A stretch of DNA of 62,236 bases, filler included, from Babesia bigemina (lineage: Eukaryota), in NCBI RefSeq assembly GCF_000981445.1. It is 9 parts of 9 records of this genome, joined end to end, with 100 filler letters (N's around TTAATTAATTAA, not from the genome) between each part and the next. Parts side by side here need not be neighbours in the genome. Positions count along the whole stretch, not along the records: positions 43,372 to 62,236 come from NW_012237122.1; 8 more parts are not named here. The stretch is one strand, 5' to 3'. Made by a program: the position numbers and the translations under genes. Shown piece by piece: positions 56,101 through 62,236 of the stretch. Each line of letters opens with the position of its first letter. The stretch's first letter is position 1. The notes under the pieces were generated by a model that saw only the letters and a list, made by a program, of their open reading frames with translations, was not told where the DNA came from and made no database searches.

Positions 56101-58968
56101 GATATCCACAAACTCCGAACAAATAACTTGGACAACGCGATCAAACAAACTGACACATTCCTCACGCAATTTGCCGACAAAGCCGGAGAACAAATCGTCA
56201 AAGATCTCGAACAGGACGCGAACATTGAAGTGACACAAGCCGAAACTGATATCATTCATGAATTACGTAAAAGGTATATCGCCTTTATCAAATTGCTGCT
56301 CGCAGACTTCTCCACTAAATGCAAGAGTGAGCTCAATGGGCTTCCCGCCGCAATAACGGCGGACGCCGACAAGGGTGCGAAAGGCTTTATGAAGCAATTC
56401 GAAGATAAGTTCATTAAGGACGATAAATGTATCGAGGGCATCAAGAAAATCGAGGCTACATCACCCGCACAAAAACAATCTCCGCTGACTCAGGCTGCCG
56501 GAAAGCTAAATCACGCAGTAAGACGCTTTTTCAACTATTATCACAAACAAGCGGATTTCGCTTCCGACTTCACCAAACTCAAGCCGACTAAGGATGCCCT
56601 TCACACTTTGCTTGACGGCATACGCGAGTCGCAGCGCTTCGACTACCAATTTCGTCAGAATCTGGATTCATTTAACGACGTTATTGGCAAACTCGCTCCT
56701 CAACAATTTGGCGTCTCCTCCACGTCGATGCTGCAATCTCTCAAGGAAGGCTTTACCGCCCTAGTCACTGCGCTCGACAAGGCCTACATCTCGACCTACG
56801 ACAGTGAGACGTTTGGCGGTGAGATGTTTGAGAGACAGAAATTAACGCCGTATGGCGCAAAATTCGCCAAAATATGCCTCACCGTGGTCTGCACCCTAAA
56901 GGCCACGTTGACCGACTTGACGCACAATTGCAAGAGTCTACGTGGACAGCAAATTAATAAGTCCACCGACGTGGGAAGATCGTTTGTCGCCCACGGCTAC
57001 GCGGTCTCCGATGCTACGCTGCAGAACGGTGAGTTGCAAAACAAACCGACAGTGGCGGGGGAGAACGTTGCTAAGCGGCTGCTGCTAGCAATTAGCGGTG
57101 CCACAGACAACGCACATCTTAGATGGTGTGAATCGAACAAGCAGAGAAAAGACAATCACTTCCACGTCTTCGACGCCATTGACTGCATATTCAGCCACTT
57201 CGAGCAGTACAACGAACTCTGCCACCTGCTCACGGCATCATCGAGGCAACATCCGTGCTCCGTGTACGACATATTAATCTGGCTCAGCGGTTTCCCGTAC
57301 ACTGCAGTATATGCTACGATGCGTGATATCACCATCAGTGACCTATTTGACAACCCGCATAAGAAGGCGGCAGGCGACGACGAACTTGAGCTCACATCGA
57401 CTGACATGGCAGCCCAATCCATAACAGCACACCCCCGGAACATATCGTATAACTACGTACGTAAAGCCGTGGAACACATCTGTGCAACGTCGTATGACGT
57501 ATTGACTGCCGTTGTCGGCACTGGCGACTCCAGGACCGTCTACGCCTCCGACTTCTGCAACAACTCATTCAACTTCCATTACCCATCCGATCCGTCGGAC
57601 TGCATGGACATGCTGCTGGACCTACTGCGCCGATTGTTGCCCGTGTTCCGGTTCTTGGAACTGCAGTGTAACATCAAGCCCGAACACCACGGCTGGTCAC
57701 AGTGCCGCTACGGGAGGGACATCCCTACAACGAAATCGCAGTGTAACGAGCACTCAAACGAAGAACCAAACGGCCAACCAAAGTGCCAAGTAAACTGTCA
57801 ACCAACGTCCCCGCTAATGTTATACCTCAGTGACAGCCTCCCTGGCCATCTGCCGCACCAACTGCAGTCAGTGGGATGCAGGGCGAAATGCAGCACCTGC
57901 TCCAAGAGCGCTCCAGGGCAACCGTGCCTGCTTCCTCTCGGATTCAAGGGCTTCTCAGGAAGCACCAAAACGGGCAGACAGTTGCGTGACGCAATCAAGA
58001 TCTTCATCGGTACAGGCTTAATATCCTCACTGATGTGCCTTCTGCCGAAGCCACCATCGACGCTGCCCGAGCACTTCCAGTTTGTATTCACGTTGGTTGG
58101 TGCGTTTAATGCTAACAGAGATGTCAACTCAAATGCTGTCCACGCTGCGTTTGTGAAGGCAATAAGGAAGCAGTCCATCGACTTGTATGCGGAGCCATCA
58201 GAACTCACAGGTGCGCTTCAGAAGGCTTATAACAGCAACAAGCAGCACGACGGTACGGAGCATCCCAAAGCTTCAGACGCCGACTTGTCAACATTGTCTA
58301 AAGCAAAAACATGTAATTATCCGAACAAGGATGTTCACTGCGCTCCGTACCTGTCCACGTTGCACAGTGATGCATACCACTACGCCGCCGAGAAGCACGC
58401 CGGTCTCTACCTGTCATGGGCAGTGTACTTACCGTGGTCGTTCTGGCAGTGTCTTGAATCTTTGTTCAGGGCGTTTACCAATATATCCTGCCAGGATTGG
58501 GCATGTCGTCGCTGTACGCACGGCACGGCTTGTAAACGGGGTAAGCATGGCGCTGCCTATAATTGCCAGTGCAAAGGCCTAGTTGAATGCCGCGGTGTCA
58601 TAAGCACGTTGTATAGTTTCGGATTCACGTTCGGCAATCCAGCAACGCTTTCAGCTGCAGAGGGAAAAAGGTATTGCCACAATTTCCACCGACAACTCCA
58701 CAATGTATTAAATTCCAACTACTTCAGAACGCTGTTCGAAAAGTGCGACGAATTCATTTTCACCATCCGCGGACCGTTCCTGTGGATGACCGTCGCACTC
58801 TGGTCACTGTCCCTCTTCTACCTCGTCTGCGTCATGGTTGGCAGACTGGATGTGCTCCACATCCGCTCACACCTGAGGATACCTTCGTCGCACAAGATAA
58901 CAGCGCAATCATTGTTGGCGGCGGCGCAAGTCGGAAGGCTTGCCAAGATATCGTATCTACAGCCGTGA
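53131..58968 (+). CDS. ves-like variant surface antigen family protein (AKISYLQP tail class)
   Basis: 1945-codon ORF with all family motifs; track start is TTG and the first in-frame ATG is 53335. Confidence 0.85.
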   Translation: MNDIQSKLQQVKKLGESLKGLTEENSCKNLLENLCSGLETFLGFNSETKGYDGSGIVYSDLDRLCDGVMGFLSGVLSNIKGHLGQHKNEINDAIEALKTNKHGGKKGFNVAIGKVVAGVRGYNDAVMKSNKKVSDVLTKMQKDADKYSAERLEKLLPPRNADDPVKIVNLIVAADQTVEECLKEADKFNNALDMKNNAEELRNAIRDLNPNLSTKIENVRENIKHEREGLNKLAGHEKNDLQSMEAKIKTKLHDVKCKVNEHIKKKVKQLVERLKEKVREIRAKLVDIEDKLAQYVKELESWMKEAKKVIDTLLTTVDKIKKEVDGDAATKNLPQLQAAIKKIGEELGHRVGDLDTWKGKAEGVLSEAITKTTEVHDDLEPKENKRDARDKTQIGKALDGITSANTQIGVIKKSLQDEVANLDKWKTEAGDIIGKAERKCKKILADVDTNGSTIREKAKLLQDLAGKLLTAYSSAYTKIKRLPGELKSMLSKLEEVYQHKLKDVHNKVISAIGEETAPGKATGILDVLNRLDEHVKNDLVSLRGRIKNEVIDAYVKMMKEIQITSNNGAGTITLNVPRRDGEGKPQGQTPVTLSVAVAGRIADGLNGNNSPIAKWLNQAASGLQNSIIPDFKYKYLWTDKNPLDNVDALVKILRTGLKNHENKSIIDAIGDSLNEELQQLIKDKESIHLKTATESPDNALMPEYKASTTRTPTEGELRAAIKDIKSHVQYMKRDSPTDVDVESFQGYNSAHTSLNIQSEKGARGDITQKIAEVDNALSDFKAGDHVDQHGHGAVSETKKKITSAFRVIENELEWLTKLVSDESGGDAYSNNDNKGVKVYLGQLQKGLESEQIPYAFAKGLKIIHDSLHRLQGETLPPQISAIQVAVESITSVITKLRSTLSGQVTTKLEALRTHGLNDGDAPWTADGQPTKGLMTIKAEIEKIKSTNVPGVETKLKDLCTAIRSICRDAKEYLEGMKNGRIDVELKKIRDDIHKLRTNNLDNAIKQTDTFLTQFADKAGEQIVKDLEQDANIEVTQAETDIIHELRKRYIAFIKLLLADFSTKCKSELNGLPAAITADADKGAKGFMKQFEDKFIKDDKCIEGIKKIEATSPAQKQSPLTQAAGKLNHAVRRFFNYYHKQADFASDFTKLKPTKDALHTLLDGIRESQRFDYQFRQNLDSFNDVIGKLAPQQFGVSSTSMLQSLKEGFTALVTALDKAYISTYDSETFGGEMFERQKLTPYGAKFAKICLTVVCTLKATLTDLTHNCKSLRGQQINKSTDVGRSFVAHGYAVSDATLQNGELQNKPTVAGENVAKRLLLAISGATDNAHLRWCESNKQRKDNHFHVFDAIDCIFSHFEQYNELCHLLTASSRQHPCSVYDILIWLSGFPYTAVYATMRDITISDLFDNPHKKAAGDDELELTSTDMAAQSITAHPRNISYNYVRKAVEHICATSYDVLTAVVGTGDSRTVYASDFCNNSFNFHYPSDPSDCMDMLLDLLRRLLPVFRFLELQCNIKPEHHGWSQCRYGRDIPTTKSQCNEHSNEEPNGQPKCQVNCQPTSPLMLYLSDSLPGHLPHQLQSVGCRAKCSTCSKSAPGQPCLLPLGFKGFSGSTKTGRQLRDAIKIFIGTGLISSLMCLLPKPPSTLPEHFQFVFTLVGAFNANRDVNSNAVHAAFVKAIRKQSIDLYAEPSELTGALQKAYNSNKQHDGTEHPKASDADLSTLSKAKTCNYPNKDVHCAPYLSTLHSDAYHYAAEKHAGLYLSWAVYLPWSFWQCLESLFRAFTNISCQDWACRRCTHGTACKRGKHGAAYNCQCKGLVECRGVISTLYSFGFTFGNPATLSAAEGKRYCHNFHRQLHNVLNSNYFRTLFEKCDEFIFTIRGPFLWMTVALWSLSLFYLVCVMVGRLDVLHIRSHLRIPSSHKITAQSLLAAAQVGRLAKISYLQP

Positions 58969-59109
58969 TCATCGTCACATTTGTAATTCACAACAACTCA
59001 CTTAGCGAATCACCTACTCACCTAACCAACAAACGTAGTCTAATGTCTCGAATTACTCTAGCGGCAACCTGTGAACTAAATAGCACCTAGATTAGGTTAT
59101 GAATAACGA

Positions 59110-59584
59110 CCAGGCAAAGTGCTAACCTAGCAACCAGGCAAAGTGATAAGCAAGCACCCAGGCAAAGTGGTAAGCTAGCAACCAGGCAAAGTGATAAGCT
59201 GGCACACAGGCAAAGTGTTAAGCTGGCAACCAGGCAAAGTGTTAACCTAGCACCCAGGCAAAGTGCTAACCTAGCAACCAGGCTAAGTGCTGAGCTGGCA
59301 CCCAGGCTAAGTGCTAACCTAGCATCCAGGCAAAGTGGTAAGCTAGCACACAGGCAAAGTGGTAAGCTAGCACCCAGGCAACGTGTTAAGCTGGCACCCA
59401 GGCAAAGTGGTAAGCAAGCACCCAGGCAACGTGCTAACCTAGCACCCAGGCAAAGTGTTAACCTAGCACACAAGCTAAGTGCTAAGCTGGCACACAGGCA
59501 AAGTGCTAAGCTGGCATTCAGGCAACGTGTTGACCTAGCACACAGGCAAAGTGATAAGCTGGCACCCAGGCGAAGTGCTAAGCT
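59110..59584 (+). repeat. 24-bp array
   Basis: Same unit as 21305-22183. Confidence 0.95.
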
Positions 59585-60078
59585 GGCGGATGAACCGTAA
59601 TTTGGTAGGTGTTGTAGCACGTTGATTGCCTGGTGCGTTGAGCTGTGCGTTGACTGTGAGAGGTGTCCGCGTTGCCTATTGAGTCAGTGTCACGTGAGGC
59701 TGGGTGATTGGTTGCTAACGTAGGCGGTCGTAAGGACCGCGGCGGGTGACCTAAGTCGTGTGTTGCGAGTCACTGGCACGTGGCGTAATAGGCGTTGGCC
59801 TGGTTAGGTAGCGTTTATGGGCGGCAATGTAGCGATTGTTAACATCACATTTGGGCACGTAGCCGACGTGCTCCGCCAGTATGGCGCCGATACCGGGGCT
59901 CGTAGCACGGTGCTGCTGCACTGTGGGAGTTGAGCGCACGGGTCGCTGCAATTTTAATGGCGTCGCCAATATTCAATAATTTAGAGTGGCTGTTGGCGCT
60001 GATCACATGCGTCGCGTCAGGGCAGCTGTGGTATCCCGGGCAGCGTGGGTGTCCGTGGCCCGGGCTGGGGGGATACAG
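59585..60078 (+). repeat. Conserved ~495-bp element (copy 4)
   Basis: Matches 22184-22679. Confidence 0.8.
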
Positions 60079-60090
60079 GGGTGAGGTGAG

Positions 60091-60491
60091 TGTTGATGAG
60101 GGGACTGGGAGCGGCAGTGGTACGTGTTGCAGTTGGTGAGTGCTGCTTGAGTGATTGATATGTTTGCAGGTTGAGGGGAGTGGGCGCGGCAGTGGTAGTG
60201 TTGCAGTTGGTGAGTGCTGCTTGAGTGATTGATATGTTTGCAGGTTGAGGGCAGTGGGAGCGGCAGTGGTAGTGTGGCAGTTGGTGAGTGCGTTGCTAGG
60301 TGAGTGATATGTTTGCAGGTTGAGGGGACTGGGAGCGGCAGTGGTACGTGTTGCAGTTGGTGAGTGCTGCTTGCGTGATTGATATGTTCGCAGGTTGAGG
60401 GGAGTGGGAGCGGCAGTGGTAGTGTTGCAGTTGGTGAGTGCGTTGCTGGGTGATTGATATGTTCGCAGGTTGAGGGGAGTGGGAGGGGAAG
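60091..60491 (+). repeat. ~75-bp intron/exon-like repeats (5 intron-like parts)
   Basis: GTGAGTGC..GATATGTT(T/C)GCAG units. Confidence 0.8.
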
Positions 60492-61037
60492 ATGACGATG
60501 GGTTGGAGGAAGACGTGCAGATGTGATACTGGTTGTATACAGTTTCAACCATGTAAATGCTGCCCATGGTGTTGTAAAGAATGTATTAAAGGCATTTATA
60601 CCAGTTGCGATGTATGTGCAGCAAATTCCTATCTGAAGCGGCTTAGGAAGCAATGCAATCCTAACGTATGTAAAGCCGGCAAAACGGATTGCACTAATAT
60701 TTACAAATGTGAATGTAACTGTTGTCGACAGAAATGTAAAGAGAGGGATCCCGTCTGCACGCCCCTCGCTCCTCCCCCTCCACCGCCTCCCGCTGATTCC
60801 TCCGATGTTCAGGATCACGCCGCCGGTCAAGAGCTTCTCCCCCGTACCGAAGCTCTCGAACAAGAGAACAATTCTCCACCTTTCCGCCCTAACCCCCAAA
60901 CCATCGCCGCCGTCATCGTTGCCATCATCGTCGCCATCATCCTGCTCGACCTGTGCATCTTCCGCTTTCCGGTGGGCCGCAACATCCGCGATTTCCTCGT
61001 ACGCAAGATACCCTTCTGCATCGCGTTTTACAGCTGA
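60492..61037 (+). CDS. Small Cys-rich (18+2 Cys) TM-anchored protein (tail B: LDLCIFRFPVGRNIRDFLVRKIPFCIAFYS)
   Basis: 181 aa; same start context and Cys scaffold as the paralogues, Pro-rich linker and TM. Confidence 0.75.
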   Translation: MTMGWRKTCRCDTGCIQFQPCKCCPWCCKECIKGIYTSCDVCAANSYLKRLRKQCNPNVCKAGKTDCTNIYKCECNCCRQKCKERDPVCTPLAPPPPPPPADSSDVQDHAAGQELLPRTEALEQENNSPPFRPNPQTIAAVIVAIIVAIILLDLCIFRFPVGRNIRDFLVRKIPFCIAFYS

Positions 61038-61171
61038 TCGCAGCAATTTGTTAGCGCAAACATCGTCATCCATTTTCCACTGATCACCTAACTGCCAACT
61101 GACATCTAATGTCTAGACGGAGTAATGATTGCGTTGATGGCCAATCGCATGGGCAGTGAGTTGACTATAAC

Positions 61172-61282
61172 CCCGCCCCTTACATCATCGCTCCCATACT
61201 CATCATCATCATCGTCATCTGCGTCATGAGCTACTTCCGCATCCGGCCGTTCCACAGGGTGCGGTATCTACTGCGCAGCTAA
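61172..61282 (+). pseudogene. Orphan TM/tail cassette A (PAPYIIAPILIIIIVICVMSYFRIRPFHRVRYLLRS*)
   Basis: Manual translation; matches the C-termini of the other three small genes. Confidence 0.6.
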
Positions 61283-61342
61283 TGACAATAAAGCAACTGG
61301 CAACTGACGTCTAATGTTGTTGACAGAGTAATGATTGCGTTG

Positions 61343-62236
61343 ATGACCAATGTGCTGACCAACGTGCTGACCAACGTGTTGACCAAAGTGCTGACCAAAG
61401 TGCTGACCAATGCCACGACCAAAGTGTTGACCAAGGTGCTGACCAAGATGCTGACCAACGTTTTGACCAATGCCATGAACAATGTGCTGACCAAGGTGTT
61501 GACCTAAGTGGTGACCAAAGTGGTGACCAAAGTGGTGACCAACGTGCTGACCAATGTGCTGACCAACGTGCTGACCAATGCCATGACCAAAGTGTTAACC
61601 AAAGTGCTGACCAAAGTGGTGACCAAGGTGCTGACCAATGTGTTGACCAAGGTGCTGACCAAGGTGCTGACCAAAGTGCTGACATGGTTACGGCAGCGAT
61701 GACATGGTCACGGCAGCGATGACATGGTCACGGCAGCGATGACATGGACACAAGTGGTGATTATTATCCACTCCACATCGCCCATTAACCCACTCTACAT
61801 CGCTCCCTAACCCACTCTTCATCGCCCATTAACCCACTCTACATCGCCCCTTTATCCACTCTACATCGCCCCTAATCCACTCCACATCGCTCCCTAACCC
61901 ACTCCACATCGCTCCCTTATCCACTCTACATCGCCCCTTATCCACTCTACATCGCCCCTTATCCACTTTACATCGCTCCCTAACCCACTCTACATCGCCC
62001 CTTAATCCACTCCACATCGCTCCCTAATCCACTCCACATCGCTCCTTTACCCACTCTACATCGCTCCCTAATCCACTTCACACCGCCCCTTAACCCACTC
62101 TACATCGCTCCCTTATCCACTTCACACCGCCCCTTTATCCACTCTACATCGCCCCTTATCCACTCTACATCGCTCCCTAATCCACTCTACATCGCCCCTT
62201 AACCCACTCTACATCGCCCCTTTATCCACTCTACAT
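61343..62236 (+). repeat. 12-bp array (61343-61683), 20-bp array (to ~61750) and 21-22-bp array (61767 to window end)
   Basis: Same units and order as elsewhere; predicts another antigen ORF beyond the window. Confidence 0.93.

Noticed and set aside
59845..61073. Antisense ORFs of 240 and 356 aa over the small-gene module, and the many short ORFs nested in the large genes
   Set aside because: Shadows of repeats or of the coding strand; not conserved as ORFs among paralogous loci

Overview
Eukaryotic (piroplasm) DNA, most likely Babesia sensu stricto of the B. bigemina/B. ovata type. This is inferred from protein motifs, not from a database search. The window is nine contigs joined by an artificial 100-nt linker (N44-TTAATTAATTAA-N44), so order and orientation across gaps cannot be trusted. 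It contains six very large (about 1,800-2,060 aa) paralogous ves-like variant surface antigen ORFs, each with a GIVYSDLDRLCD motif, a helical body, a Cys-rich C-terminal region, a TM helix and (where complete) a ...YLQP tail. It also contains four small genes with an 18-Cys scaffold and a C-terminal TM anchor, a telomere tract with a 22-bp subtelomeric satellite, and five interspersed repeat families (12, 20, 21-22, 24 and about 75 bp). These parts recur in a fixed co-oriented order: 22-mer array > large antigen ORF > conserved 3' motif > optional [24-mer array > ~495-bp element > ~75-bp intron/exon repeats > Cys-rich gene > spare TM-tail cassette] > 12-mer > 20-mer > next 22-mer array. This looks like a repeat-bounded cassette archive for antigenic variation with an embedded small membrane-protein family I do not recognise.
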